This document shows, one piece after another, positions 29,018 to 39,109 of a DNA stretch of 64,000 bases. The notes under the pieces were generated by a model. The model made no database searches, was not told the DNA's origin, and worked only from the letters and a program-made list of their open reading frames with translations. The stretch is from Thermoplasmata archaeon (lineage in GTDB: Archaea; Thermoplasmatota; E2; DHVEG-1): assembly GCA_020054495.1 (NCBI GenBank), contig JAHWGK010000002.1:16418-80417 (forward strand), written 5' to 3'. Numbering within the stretch: the first letter of the stretch is position 1; each line of letters begins with the position of its first letter. A program made the translations under genes and the position numbers.

Positions 29018-29524
29018 TTATTTCATAAATATTTCAAATCTGTCTTTTTTTACTTTACAAATTGGACAAATTTCTGGTGGTTCATCTCTTCCACAGAGAT
29101 ATCCGCATACTTTGCATCTCCAAACAGGTTTAGATAATGATGAAATATTAGTTTCACTTTGTTTTTTATCCATTTTTTCCCGTTCTTCCTTTAAAGGTCT
29201 TCTATCAGGAATTGACTCTAATTCTTTTTTTCCATTAATAACTTCTTTTGAAACATATAATGCACAATAACATGTTCCAAAATCATTCAAATCTGGATCG
29301 CGATAATCACAAGGACATATCATATCTAAATCCTCTTTTTTATTACCCGCTGCAAGTCTACAAGGACACACTTGATACCCATATCTTTTTTCATTTACAA
29401 TAAGGCCTTTAACAATACCTTTAGTAAATTCTAAATCAGAATTTATGTAATATCCTCCAGATTCTGCATCTTTTTTTAGCCTTTGGTATAATTTTTCAAC
29501 TTCATCATCGATTACATTACTCAT
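29018..29524 (-). CDS. Ferredoxin:thioredoxin (disulfide) reductase catalytic domain fused to rubredoxin-like domain
   Basis: CPCR, CPCDY, CYCALY; C-terminal WRCKVCGY...CPICK. Confidence 0.9.
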   Translation of the reverse strand: MSNVIDDEVEKLYQRLKKDAESGGYYINSDLEFTKGIVKGLIVNEKRYGYQVCPCRLAAGNKKEDLDMICPCDYRDPDLNDFGTCYCALYVSKEVINGKKELESIPDRRPLKEEREKMDKKQSETNISSLSKPVWRCKVCGYLCGRDEPPEICPICKVKKDRFEIFMK

Positions 29525-29802
29525 AAGCCTAAAGCCTCTTTAATCTCATCCTCTTTGTAACCAACAATACATCCTTCATCGTTAATTACCAATGTTGGAA
29601 ATGAGCATCGAGGATTCCATTTTTTAATATCATCCATTACCTTGTCTTTTTCGCTTTCCTCAACTTGATCTACGAAAATATATGAATATTCTACATCCAA
29701 TTTTCTAAGGAAATCTTTGGTTTTTTTACACCATCCACAGGTGCTTAATGCATATAGTAAAATCTTTCCTCTATTTTCTCCCGCAACATGTTCAATTTTC
29801 AT
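29521..29802 (-). CDS. Glutaredoxin-family (NrdH-like) protein
   Basis: [20 protein letters not shown]. Confidence 0.9.
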   Translation of the reverse strand: MKIEHVAGENRGKILLYALSTCGWCKKTKDFLRKLDVEYSYIFVDQVEESEKDKVMDDIKKWNPRCSFPTLVINDEGCIVGYKEDEIKEALGL

Positions 29803-29817
29803 CTTATATCACATCTT

Positions 29818-30372
29818 TCAAATATATCTATTTATATATACAAAATCATCTATAGGAATTCTTTCAGGTCTTTCTTTCTCGGCTTTTACCTGCTTCTCTG
29901 AAAGAACTGGGTCAATTTTATCTGAATGCTTACCCACAATTACAAGTGCAATAACATCAATATCCTCTGGAATATCAAGAATTTCTCTAGTTTTCTTTGG
30001 ACTATACCCTGCAATTGGATGAGCAACTAGCCCAAGCTCTGTTGCTCTTAGAATCATTGCTTCAGTAGCCATTCCAATATCAAATCGGTAGTAAATTCTA
30101 TCATGGATTACACAATCATCCTCTTGTTTTCCTATAACAACTATAATCATTGATGCCTTATAAGCCCAGACATTACCTGATGATAAAGCTTCATGCATTT
30201 TCTTAAGCATTTCTGGATCATAAACAAAAATATATCTCCAGGGTTGATTGTTAAAACAGGATGCTGTAATTTGAGTACATTCCGCTAAATCATTAATCAG
30301 ATCTTTTGTAATTTCAACAGGCTCCAAAGAGCGATAAGCTCTTCTTTTTCTAATTGTTTCCTTCACATCCAT
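29818..30372 (-). CDS. Nitroreductase-family protein
   Basis: Start MDVKETIRKRRAYR; ASCFNNQPWRY; DIGMA..MILRATELGL. Confidence 0.9.
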   Translation of the reverse strand: MDVKETIRKRRAYRSLEPVEITKDLINDLAECTQITASCFNNQPWRYIFVYDPEMLKKMHEALSSGNVWAYKASMIIVVIGKQEDDCVIHDRIYYRFDIGMATEAMILRATELGLVAHPIAGYSPKKTREILDIPEDIDVIALVIVGKHSDKIDPVLSEKQVKAEKERPERIPIDDFVYINRYI

Positions 30373-30382
30373 ACAAATGCGC

Positions 30383-30775
30383 CTAGGCATATCCCGTGAT
30401 ACCTGGGTCAACCCATGTTGTGTTTTTAGCACATTGAGGACCATGTTCAAGAGATTCCTCAACTGCTTTTTTCAATAACGATGGATACATTGCACCTGTC
30501 AGTTCATGAACAGGTTTGCCATTACAAAAAAACTTGAATGTTGGTGTACCCATAACTCCATATCTATTGGCAATAGTCAGATTTTCGGCAATATCAACCT
30601 TAGCAAAAATTATTTTTCCTTTATATTCCGATGCATATTCATTAAAATGCGGTTCCATTTGTTGACAAAAAGGACAAGTAGGGCTAGAAAACATTACTGC
30701 AACTGGTTTGTCTCCCTTTTCTACTGTTTTTTCCCAGTTGGAATCATCCAATTCAACAAGATTTTCAGAACTCAT
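30383..30775 (-). CDS. Thioredoxin
   Basis: SPTCPFC, YGVMGTPTF; C-terminal Cys-containing extension. Confidence 0.9.
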   Translation of the reverse strand: MSSENLVELDDSNWEKTVEKGDKPVAVMFSSPTCPFCQQMEPHFNEYASEYKGKIIFAKVDIAENLTIANRYGVMGTPTFKFFCNGKPVHELTGAMYPSLLKKAVEESLEHGPQCAKNTTWVDPGITGYA

Positions 30776-30784
30776 AATATTCAC

Positions 30785-31255
30785 CTAATCCCCCTCTCTC
30801 AAAAATGTAAGAACTTCATTAATGTCAGGTAATTCTCCTAACTCATAAATTCTTACAAACTCAATTTCTTGATTTTCGTTTATAATAATATTAGCCCTAT
30901 CTGAAAAACCTTCTTCTTCTCTGAATAATCGGTATAGCTTTGCTACTTTTCCATGAGGCCAAAAATCAGAAAGAAATCTAGTATGCTTTATGCCAAGATT
31001 TTCAGCCCAGGCTTTTTTAGAAGGAATAGAATCAACGTTTATTCCAACTGCAACCATATTTAATTCTCCAAATTCCTTCCAATTATCTTCAAGTGATTGC
31101 ATCTGTTTAGCACACACACCAGTCCAAGCAAGGGGGTGGAATGATAGAAGAACCCATTTTCCTTTAAAATCAGATAACTTGAATTCCTTTTCATTCTGAT
31201 CATTCAAACTAAAATCAGGAGCTTTCTCTCCAGCTTCAAAACATTTTTTTTCCAT
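30785..31255 (-). CDS. Peroxiredoxin (AhpE/BCP-like)
   Basis: FHPLAWTGVC, LSDFWPHG. Confidence 0.9.
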   Translation of the reverse strand: MEKKCFEAGEKAPDFSLNDQNEKEFKLSDFKGKWVLLSFHPLAWTGVCAKQMQSLEDNWKEFGELNMVAVGINVDSIPSKKAWAENLGIKHTRFLSDFWPHGKVAKLYRLFREEEGFSDRANIIINENQEIEFVRIYELGELPDINEVLTFLREGD

Positions 31256-31267
31256 ATTTAATGCCTC

Positions 31268-32119
31268 TTAAATCCATTCTTCCTTTAGAATATCTCCTTT
31301 AATTCCTACAACAATTGACTTAACCGGAATTTTTCTTGAAGCATTTTCAACAGCTTTTTTAGCAAGACCTAATAAACCACTGCAACATGGAACCTCCATA
31401 GTCATCACCGTAAGAGTATTGATATTTGCACCATCAATTAACTTAGTCAATTTATCTAAGTAAATTTCTTGATTAGAATCTAATTTTGGACATGCAATAG
31501 AAAGACTTCGACCTTTTAGATAATCTTTATGAAAATCGGCAATGGAATAACCAACACAATCAGCAACAAGTAAAACATCTTTATTCTTGAAATAGGGTGC
31601 ATTTGGGGGTACTAAATGAAGTTGAACTGGCCATTGCCTAAGTTGAGAACTCCGGGTTCCACTTTCTCCATTATCGCTTTTTTTTTCATCTGAAAAGTCT
31701 ATAACTCTTGAGCCAGGACATCCTTGAGGTGGATTAGTACACTTATCATCTGGTTTTTCATCAAGATCTATCTCCATTCCTTTTTCTTTTAAAACCTCTA
31801 AAGCGTCATTGTAATAACCTAATTCGCCATGATCTTTCAAATGCTTAAGATGTGCAATAATCGTGTTTTTACCAGCCTTTATGATATTTTCTCGCATTAC
31901 CTTTTTTTCATCATAAGGTTCCGCGTCTCGTTCCTCAGTACTCATTGCACCTTGTGGGCATTCGCCAACACATGCTCCTAGGCCATCGCAAAAAATATCA
32001 CTAATCAGTCTTGCTTTTCCATCAATTACTTGCAATGCTCCTTCAGGGCAATTTGGAATGCATAATCCACAGCCATTACACTTTTCTTCATCAATTTTAA
32101 TTATTTTTCTTTTTGCCAT
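31268..32119 (-). CDS. 4Fe-4S binding protein (hcp-associated iron-sulfur oxidoreductase)
   Basis: CNGCGLC..CP, CDGLGAC..CP, GCPGS, QWPVQL, ACPKLD, MEVPCC. Confidence 0.88.
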   Translation of the reverse strand: MAKRKIIKIDEEKCNGCGLCIPNCPEGALQVIDGKARLISDIFCDGLGACVGECPQGAMSTEERDAEPYDEKKVMRENIIKAGKNTIIAHLKHLKDHGELGYYNDALEVLKEKGMEIDLDEKPDDKCTNPPQGCPGSRVIDFSDEKKSDNGESGTRSSQLRQWPVQLHLVPPNAPYFKNKDVLLVADCVGYSIADFHKDYLKGRSLSIACPKLDSNQEIYLDKLTKLIDGANINTLTVMTMEVPCCSGLLGLAKKAVENASRKIPVKSIVVGIKGDILKEEWI

Positions 32120-32129
32120 ACATATCTCC

Positions 32130-33752
32130 CTATGTAACTATTTGTAATACTGGAAGATCATTTTCGACTGTTGAATTTGGTCGTATGTTGAATTTCTCAA
32201 CCAAAACCTTTAACACATTTGGCGAGACAAATGCAGGTAGAGTTGGACCAAGCATAATATTTTTCACACCAAGTGATAAAAGTGTAAGTAATACCAAAAC
32301 TGCTTTTTGTTCATACCAGGCTATATTAAATGAAATCGGCAATTCATTAATACCAACTCCAAATGCTTCTGCAAGTTTTTGTGCTATGGCCACAAGAGAG
32401 TACGAATCATTGCACTGTCCGGCATCAATCACTCTAGGAATACCATCAATATCTCCAAGACCAAGTTTGTTATATCGATATTTAGCACACCCTGCAGTAA
32501 GGATCACTGTATCGTTTGATAGTGCCTTAGCAAAATCAGTATAATATTGTCGATTTTTTCTTCGGCCATCACATCCAGCCATAACTACAAACCGTTTTAT
32601 TTTACCTGATTTCACTGCCTCAACAATTTTATCTGCAAGATTTAATGTTGCTTTGTGGGCAAAACCTATAATTATCTCACCCTCCTCAATTTTTTCCGGA
32701 GGTGAACTCTTTTTTGCATGTTCAATGACCTCAGAGAAATCCTTAGAACCTCCCTCAATTCTATCAGGAATGTATTTCAAACCATCAAAACCGACAACAC
32801 CTGTCATATAAACTCTATCTTTATACGAATCTCTTGGAGGAACCAAACAATTTGTTGTCAGAAGAATAGGTCCATTGAATTTTTCAAACTCTTCTTTTTG
32901 TCTCCACCACGAACTACCATAGTTACCCACAAAATGAGAATATTTTTTAAACGCAGGATAAGCATTTGCAGGAAGCATCTCTCCATGAGTATAAACATCA
33001 ATACCAGTTCCTTCAGTTTGTTTAAGCAGTTCCTCTAAGTCCTTTAAGTCATGACCGCTGATAAGAATGCCTGGATTGCTACGCACTCCAATGTTTACTT
33101 TTGTTATTTCTGGATTGCCATATGCAGAAGTATTTGCATTATCAAGCATTGCCATAGTTTTTACACCCATCTCGCCACATCTCATTACAAGATTTATCAA
33201 TTCATCTATGGGCAATTCTTGTGTAGTGCTAACTAATGCCTCTTCAATAAACTTAAAAATTTCATTGTCTTTTTTTCCAAGTACATAAGCATGATCAGTG
33301 TATGCAGCCATTCCTTTTAATCCATAAGTTAGCAGCCAACGAAGTGACCTAATATCTTCATTTTCTGTGCTTAACACACCGATTGTTTCTGCTTTTTTTA
33401 AGATATCTTCCTCGTCATCATATTGCCAGGTTACAGCATCATGTTGAGAGTCAACTGAGACGTTTTCCTTTATTTTCTCTCGTAATTCTATTGCTTCTTG
33501 AATTTTATCAAAAAAATGGTTTTTATTAAAATTAGCATTTGTAATTGTTGAGAACAAACCAGCCATGATAAATTCATCTGCTTCTTTAGTATTCTTTCCT
33601 TGTTTTCTTGCTTCGATGTTGCAAATAGATATCCCTTTCATTAGATATATTAAAAGATCCTGTAAATTTGCTACATCACCTTGTTTACCGCAAGCACCAG
33701 CATTTGTACAACCTTTATTATTTATTGTTTCTTCGCATTGATAACAAAACAT
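32130..33752 (-). CDS. hcp: Hybrid-cluster protein (hydroxylamine/NO reductase)
   Basis: MFCYQCEE...GC...[37 protein letters not shown]. Confidence 0.95.
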   Translation of the reverse strand: MFCYQCEETINNKGCTNAGACGKQGDVANLQDLLIYLMKGISICNIEARKQGKNTKEADEFIMAGLFSTITNANFNKNHFFDKIQEAIELREKIKENVSVDSQHDAVTWQYDDEEDILKKAETIGVLSTENEDIRSLRWLLTYGLKGMAAYTDHAYVLGKKDNEIFKFIEEALVSTTQELPIDELINLVMRCGEMGVKTMAMLDNANTSAYGNPEITKVNIGVRSNPGILISGHDLKDLEELLKQTEGTGIDVYTHGEMLPANAYPAFKKYSHFVGNYGSSWWRQKEEFEKFNGPILLTTNCLVPPRDSYKDRVYMTGVVGFDGLKYIPDRIEGGSKDFSEVIEHAKKSSPPEKIEEGEIIIGFAHKATLNLADKIVEAVKSGKIKRFVVMAGCDGRRKNRQYYTDFAKALSNDTVILTAGCAKYRYNKLGLGDIDGIPRVIDAGQCNDSYSLVAIAQKLAEAFGVGINELPISFNIAWYEQKAVLVLLTLLSLGVKNIMLGPTLPAFVSPNVLKVLVEKFNIRPNSTVENDLPVLQIVT

Positions 33753-33756
33753 TTCT

Positions 33757-34086
33757 TCACCTCGAAAACTCATCAAGAGCTTTTTTGACTTCAACGATAT
33801 AAATCATAGCTGGGCCACCACCCATGAGTATCGCTACGCCAGCAACCTCTAAGATTTCTTCTTTGGTGGCACCTACTTTAAGGGCTTTTTCTACATGAAT
33901 AGCAATACAATATTTACACCGAGCAGTTATTGCCGTTCCAACTGCAACAAGTTCTTTTGTTTTAGTATCTAGAACTCCTTCTTTGAGAACTGAGCCCATA
34001 AATGCTTTAAAATGCCTCAAAGTTTCCGGTTGTTGTTTTGATAATTCACCCATCATTTCCATTACGCTATCCACGGATTTTTTCAT
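33757..34086 (-). CDS. Carboxymuconolactone decarboxylase/AhpD-family protein
   Basis: [24 protein letters not shown]. Confidence 0.9.
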   Translation of the reverse strand: MKKSVDSVMEMMGELSKQQPETLRHFKAFMGSVLKEGVLDTKTKELVAVGTAITARCKYCIAIHVEKALKVGATKEEILEVAGVAILMGGGPAMIYIVEVKKALDEFSR

Positions 34087-34116
34087 TTAATTCAAATTTA
34101 TCACCTATTTCAAAAT

Positions 34117-34497
34117 TCAACTGGACTTCCACAGCCCATGTACATTACAGTACTCTCTAGCATCTATTGCATCTGCTTTTATTTCAAACTCAGCCTGTGG
34201 TTTGTCACCAGGTTTTAGAAACTTTCTATAAGCAGCACCATCAGCAATTATTTGTATCCATTCAATGTGGTGTTCTTCGATCATTGGGTGATCTTGGTTT
34301 TGACCAACCTTGACAAGAACTCCATTAGAAGTCTTTTCAATATAAGGGACATGTTTTTCAACAGTAGAATCCTCAGTTTTTTCTTCCATAAGTTTCATAG
34401 GTTCTCCACAACATACGAGTTCCCCAACACCAGCATGTAAAACTTCAACAATATTTCCACAAATATTACATTTGTAGATTTCTCTAATTTTTACCAT
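34117..34497 (-). CDS. dfx: Desulfoferrodoxin (2Fe superoxide reductase)
   Basis: [10 protein letters not shown]...[29 protein letters not shown]. Confidence 0.95.
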   Translation of the reverse strand: MVKIREIYKCNICGNIVEVLHAGVGELVCCGEPMKLMEEKTEDSTVEKHVPYIEKTSNGVLVKVGQNQDHPMIEEHHIEWIQIIADGAAYRKFLKPGDKPQAEFEIKADAIDAREYCNVHGLWKSS

Positions 34498-34516
34498 AAT
34501 TTCTACCTCCAAAATT

Positions 34517-34900
34517 TCATTTTTTCTTTTTTTTATAGTCTTTTATAGCCTCATGTAATGCATCAGCAGCTAAATTGGAGCAATGCATCTTTTGAGGAGG
34601 AAGGCCATCAAGTTCGTCAGCCACATCATTACGAGTTATTTTAATTGCATCATCAACATGTTGTCCTTTAGCTAGTTCAGTAACCATACTACTTGTAGCA
34701 ATTGCAGACCCACATCCAAAGGTTTTGAACTTGATATCAGTAATAATGTCGTCTTTTACCTTGATGTATATCTCCATTAAATCCCCACAGACTGGGTTTC
34801 CAACTTTTCCATATCCATCTGGGTTCTCTATCACCCCTACATTTTTTGGATTCATAAAATGCTCCATTACTTTCTCACTATATCCTGGAATTTTTATCAC
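34517..34900 (-). CDS. iscU: Fe-S scaffold protein IscU/NifU (possible ATT start at 34891)
   Basis: [37 protein letters not shown]. Confidence 0.93.
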   Translation of the reverse strand: MIKIPGYSEKVMEHFMNPKNVGVIENPDGYGKVGNPVCGDLMEIYIKVKDDIITDIKFKTFGCGSAIATSSMVTELAKGQHVDDAIKITRNDVADELDGLPPQKMHCSNLAADALHEAIKDYKKKKK

Positions 34901-34906
34901 CTCTTA

Positions 34907-36061
34907 TTATGTCAACGGTGAAAGTTGTCTCAGTCTTTGAACTGTTTCTTTCACCCCTTTTACAATAACTGGTACTTGTTCTCTTTTATTTGAACGGCCG
35001 AGGGTCATTACCATCGATCCATGAGCCTCTTCATGTTTCAAGCCTATTGCAAGTAGAACATGAGATGGCTCTAATGTTTTATGGGAACAAGCTGAACCAG
35101 TTGCTATTTGAATATTATACATATCCATATTCAACAATATGCTTTCACCTTCTATATAGCTAAAACGAAAACTGGCATGATGCGGAAGTCTCTTTGTAGG
35201 ATGACCTGTTAAATAGGTGTCTTCGATCTTCAATATCTCCTTGATAAGCTCATCTCTAATTTTTTTGAGTCTCTCACTTTCATTTTTCATTTCTTTTTGG
35301 GCAATTCTAGCTGCTTCCCCCATTCCAACTATCGCAAATACATTTTCAGATCCAGACCTTAAACCTCGTTCCTGCCCACCGCCGAGAAGAACTGATTGAA
35401 CCTTAACACCTGGTTTTATATAAAGTGCAGCAGCTCCTCTTGGACCATAAAGGTCATTGGATGATAAAGTCAAAAGATCAATTCCATCCTCCTGCACATC
35501 AATAGGTAAACGCCCTGCAGCAGCTGTTGCATCAACATGCAAATATCGCCCTTTTTCATGAACAATTTTACTAACCTCCTTAATTGGTTCAATTGTACCA
35601 ATCTCATTATTTGCATACATAAGAGAGGTAACTGTCGTGTTTTTTGTTAAAAGGCTTTCAAGTATTTCAAGATTAATGATACCATATGGGTCAACTGGAG
35701 CTACATTAAATGTAAAACCATTTTTCTGAAGTTCTTTCATAGGATTAATAACTGAGATATGATCTATGGCACTAGCAAGAACTTCTTTTCCATCTCTTAT
35801 ATTCCTAAGTGCTGTTCCTCTTAAAGCAAGATTGTTAGATTCAGTCGCACTCCCTGTAAAAATAATTGATTTTTCATTCTCTGCATTGATAAACTCTGCA
35901 ATTTTTTTCCTAGACTCTTCAATAGCGTTTTTTATCTCTAAACCAATTGAATAAAGAGAGGAGGGATTTGCATAATCCTTTATTAGATAAGATTTTGCAA
36001 ATTCAAATACCCGTGGATCAACAGGCATTGATGATGCATGGTCTAAATAAATTCTTTCCAT
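34907..36061 (-). CDS. iscS: Cysteine desulfurase
   Basis: IYLDHAS, FTGSATESNN, ANNEIGT, RSGSEN, TGSACS. Confidence 0.92.
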   Translation of the reverse strand: MERIYLDHASSMPVDPRVFEFAKSYLIKDYANPSSLYSIGLEIKNAIEESRKKIAEFINAENEKSIIFTGSATESNNLALRGTALRNIRDGKEVLASAIDHISVINPMKELQKNGFTFNVAPVDPYGIINLEILESLLTKNTTVTSLMYANNEIGTIEPIKEVSKIVHEKGRYLHVDATAAAGRLPIDVQEDGIDLLTLSSNDLYGPRGAAALYIKPGVKVQSVLLGGGQERGLRSGSENVFAIVGMGEAARIAQKEMKNESERLKKIRDELIKEILKIEDTYLTGHPTKRLPHHASFRFSYIEGESILLNMDMYNIQIATGSACSHKTLEPSHVLLAIGLKHEEAHGSMVMTLGRSNKREQVPVIVKGVKETVQRLRQLSPLT

Positions 36062-36071
36062 ATTTTCCTCT

Positions 36072-36434
36072 TTAAAACCACATAGTTGCACCCGCGTCAA
36101 GAGCGAGATCATTTAAGGTTCCTGCACCAACTATTTTTACCCCAGGTATTAGATTAATTTTTTCCAAGCCAAGCATTTGCTTTGATGCTTCACACACATA
36201 AATCTCAATTCCCATGTCAAGGGTTTTTTTAATCATCTCGGCAACACTAGGGAAATTACCAAGTTTGATTTTTTCAGCTTCGCCAGCCATTAATATTTTC
36301 AGACCAGTGCCAAGATAATAAATCATTGGTTTAATGTCCATCATCTTAGCTGTTTGTGCTAAAACCAAAGGCGAATATTGTTTTTTAGGCGCATCAGTTG
36401 TTTGCACATATAATATAGAATTTTCGTCTTTCAT
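36072..36434 (-). CDS. DsrE/DsrF-family protein
   Basis: IYVCEAS, VGAGTLNDLAL; between tusA and iscS. Confidence 0.8.
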   Translation of the reverse strand: MKDENSILYVQTTDAPKKQYSPLVLAQTAKMMDIKPMIYYLGTGLKILMAGEAEKIKLGNFPSVAEMIKKTLDMGIEIYVCEASKQMLGLEKINLIPGVKIVGAGTLNDLALDAGATMWF

Positions 36435-36445
36435 TAAATTTCACC

Positions 36446-36697
36446 TCATTTCATTCTTTTAATATAGAAGGTCAAGATTGTACCTTCTTTTTCAAATTTT
36501 AATATTTCGTGACCTGTTCTTTTAGCCCACCGTTTAATATCCTCTTCAGCGGCAGGATCATCAGCTTCGACTTTTAATACTTGCCCAACTTCAATTTTAT
36601 CAATTTCTTCCTTTGTCATTGCAATGGGCATAGGGCAATAGTATCCAATACAGTCCAATTCAGCATCAGCAACAATGTCTGAACTCAGATTATACAC
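36446..36697 (-). CDS. tusA: TusA/SirA-family sulfur carrier (possible CTG start at 36688)
   Basis: LDCIGYYCPMP, ADDPAAEEDI..W...GH. Confidence 0.9.
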   Translation of the reverse strand: MYNLSSDIVADAELDCIGYYCPMPIAMTKEEIDKIEVGQVLKVEADDPAAEEDIKRWAKRTGHEILKFEKEGTILTFYIKRMK

Positions 36698-36703
36698 CTC
36701 TCA

Positions 36704-37213
36704 TTAATTCCCCAAATAATCTAATTCAAACCAGTAACCAGTACTATTTATGTGGTGGAATTCTCCCTCAAGAACGTTATAGTGGTTCTTTTCTTGGTTA
36801 ATGATTTCATCAATGATTTCATTAATCTGATCGTCTTTAGAATTTTCTCTTATTTTTGTATAATATTCAATAGCGTCTTTTTCACTATCCATTGCCATTC
36901 GTAAGGCATCAATTTCATTTGTATCGGGGTTTGCTCCTTCCACTGTCTGTAGATCTTTTGGGAATATTGGAATATCAGCATATTTTTTACTAGTATTTGT
37001 AAGATCATACCATTCCGTTTTTCCAATTTTTTCGTCAAATATTTTTTGAAAAATTTCAAGATGCAAAAGTTCATCAGCAGCTAGGCTTTTAAAGACAGAT
37101 TTGCCCATTTCACTTGAGGTCTGAGCCGCTGCTTTTTGATAAAAGGAATAGCCGGCTTTTTCCATTTGAATAGCAGTTTTAATTGCATCTTTCACATTTT
37201 CAATTTCTGTCAT
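36704..37213 (-). CDS. Ferritin-like/rubrerythrin-domain protein
   Basis: AIQMEKAG..FY, LAADELLH, EKDAIEYY, QEKNH. Confidence 0.85.
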   Translation of the reverse strand: MTEIENVKDAIKTAIQMEKAGYSFYQKAAAQTSSEMGKSVFKSLAADELLHLEIFQKIFDEKIGKTEWYDLTNTSKKYADIPIFPKDLQTVEGANPDTNEIDALRMAMDSEKDAIEYYTKIRENSKDDQINEIIDEIINQEKNHYNVLEGEFHHINSTGYWFELDYLGN

Positions 37214-37232
37214 TTATCTTCACCATTTTTTT

Positions 37233-37808
37233 TTAGTAATTCTCCATCCAAATTTCGCAATAACTTTGTTTATGTTGACATGCAGGGCATACATCAGGGG
37301 CTTCTTCTCCTTCGTAAACATATCCACAGTTCCGGCATTTCCATTTGATAACTTTGTCTTTTTTGAAAGCTCGATTTTTATTTACATTATCAAGTAGTTT
37401 TCTAAATCTTCTTTCATGATAAGCTTCTACTTTACCTATCTCCCTAAAACTATGAGCAACCATAGGAAATCCTTCATCCTCCGCAGCCTTTGCAAAATCT
37501 GGATAAAGCGTTCCCCATTCCATTTTTTCACCTTCTGCTGCAGCATGTAAGTTTTCAGCAGTCGTTCCTATTACACCTGCGGGGTATCCTGCAATAATTT
37601 CAACATCTCCGCCTTGAAGGTGTTTGAAAAAGACTTCAGCATGCTCCTTTTCATTGTCAGCTGTTTCTTGAAATATTGCTGCAATCTGTTCATATCCTTC
37701 TTTTTTGGCTTTTGAAACAAAAAATGTATATCTGTTTCTAGCCTGTGATTCTCCAGCAAATGCTGCAAGAAGATTTTTTTCAGTTTTTGTTCCTTTGATG
37801 CTTTTCAT
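37233..37808 (-). CDS. rbr: Rubrerythrin
   Basis: AFAGESQARNRY, NEKEHA, VEAYHE, WKCRNCGY...CPAC. Confidence 0.95.
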   Translation of the reverse strand: MKSIKGTKTEKNLLAAFAGESQARNRYTFFVSKAKKEGYEQIAAIFQETADNEKEHAEVFFKHLQGGDVEIIAGYPAGVIGTTAENLHAAAEGEKMEWGTLYPDFAKAAEDEGFPMVAHSFREIGKVEAYHERRFRKLLDNVNKNRAFKKDKVIKWKCRNCGYVYEGEEAPDVCPACQHKQSYCEIWMENY

Positions 37809-37832
37809 TTTTTTTCCTCCAATTCAATCAAA

Positions 37833-38324
37833 TTAAGGACCCACATGAACCATGGGCCAATACACATCACCTTCTTCAAAACGTTCCATACTTTCTTTTT
37901 CCATTTTAAGAATTTTATAATGGCCAATTTCCATATCTGAAAAATACAACAGAGTATTATGTATCTTATTTCCAGTCTCAAATCGAGTTGCTAGAGATTT
38001 GTAAAATTCACTTGCGGATTGTTCTGCATTCATTGCTTGAGTTAATAATTTACTTAAAGGGGTGTCTTCAGTAAACTCTACTTCAGGTAGTGGAACTGGC
38101 GTTTTCTTAGGCAAAACTAACTCGTTTTCAGGAAAATGATTTGCATAAATTTCCTCAATAAATTTTCTATGCTTATTTTCTTCCTTAGCAAGAAATTCCA
38201 GTTTATCCTTTAATAATCCATTTTTTGTTTTTGTCGCCATTTTTAAATAAAGCTGGTGGCTATCTTCCTCACTCTTTATTGCAGCGAGAAATAAATCTTC
38301 TAGATCATAACTACTTAAATCCAT
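37833..38324 (-). CDS. Ferritin-like/rubrerythrin-domain protein
   Basis: AIKSEEDS..Y, LAKEENKH, AEQSASEFY, MEIGHY, C-terminal HVGP. Confidence 0.85.
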   Translation of the reverse strand: MDLSSYDLEDLFLAAIKSEEDSHQLYLKMATKTKNGLLKDKLEFLAKEENKHRKFIEEIYANHFPENELVLPKKTPVPLPEVEFTEDTPLSKLLTQAMNAEQSASEFYKSLATRFETGNKIHNTLLYFSDMEIGHYKILKMEKESMERFEEGDVYWPMVHVGP

Positions 38325-38357
38325 TTTATTTCACCTAAATATAGTTATTTTTTCTCC

Positions 38358-38894
38358 TTATTTTATATTCTCAGCATGCAAATCAAGGTGATCAGTTTCT
38401 ATCTCAACTAATTCAGCAAAAAATTCTTTTAACCTTGGTTCTGTTGCCTCATCTCTAAATTTTGCATATGCTTTTATTGCACGATCCTCTCGTTCCCAGC
38501 CTTCTTTTGAATTTTCTTTTGCATTTGCATTACATAATTGTTTCCCTAGTTCAGGCCTAGAGATTTTTAAGAATTTAGAGATAACAGAAGCATGTTCACG
38601 TTCGACTTTCATTAAAGCTTTGAACTTTGCTAAACTGTAATGGTCACTTGCTTTATCTGCAGCATTTTTTGCACAATCATAAAACGCAGCATTATCTAAC
38701 TCAAGTTGCAAGGCAGCCTCAAGATTCTTGCGTGATATATCGCTTAACAATACGTTGAATTCATCTAGATTCCAATCCTTTGCTTCAACGAAAAATCTTT
38801 TTTGCGCACCGCAAAATGGACATTGAGTTGGTGCTTCAGATCCAATGTATGGATCACCACATATTCTACATCTAAATACCTTTATCTTAGCCAT
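38358..38894 (-). CDS. Rubredoxin-ferritin-like fusion (reverse-rubrerythrin architecture)
   Basis: FRCRICGD...CPFCGA N-terminus; ELDNAAFY, VEREH, IETDH. Confidence 0.85.
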   Translation of the reverse strand: MAKIKVFRCRICGDPYIGSEAPTQCPFCGAQKRFFVEAKDWNLDEFNVLLSDISRKNLEAALQLELDNAAFYDCAKNAADKASDHYSLAKFKALMKVEREHASVISKFLKISRPELGKQLCNANAKENSKEGWEREDRAIKAYAKFRDEATEPRLKEFFAELVEIETDHLDLHAENIK

Positions 38895-38920
38895 TCAACT
38901 TCCACCATCACAAATTTATT

Positions 38921-39076
38921 CTATTTTATTCGTTTCATTGGCACGCCACAACAATAGGGTGCTGCCTTTGGTTCTTCATCAAATTCTATAATGCTACAAC
39001 TACAATCCTCTGCTGAACATTCGCATTCATATTGTATTGGCTTGTCTGCTTCTTTACAACCACAACTTTTACACAT
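38921..39076 (-). CDS. Unannotated 51-aa, 9-Cys metallothionein/desulforedoxin-like microprotein
   Basis: MCKSCGCKEADKPIQYECECSAEDCSCSIIEFDEEPKAAPYCCGVPMKRIK*; GGAGGT RBS; fills the operon gap. Confidence 0.8.
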   Translation of the reverse strand: MCKSCGCKEADKPIQYECECSAEDCSCSIIEFDEEPKAAPYCCGVPMKRIK

Positions 39077-39109
39077 TTTTCCATACCTCCCTTATATTTA
39101 ACATATTTC

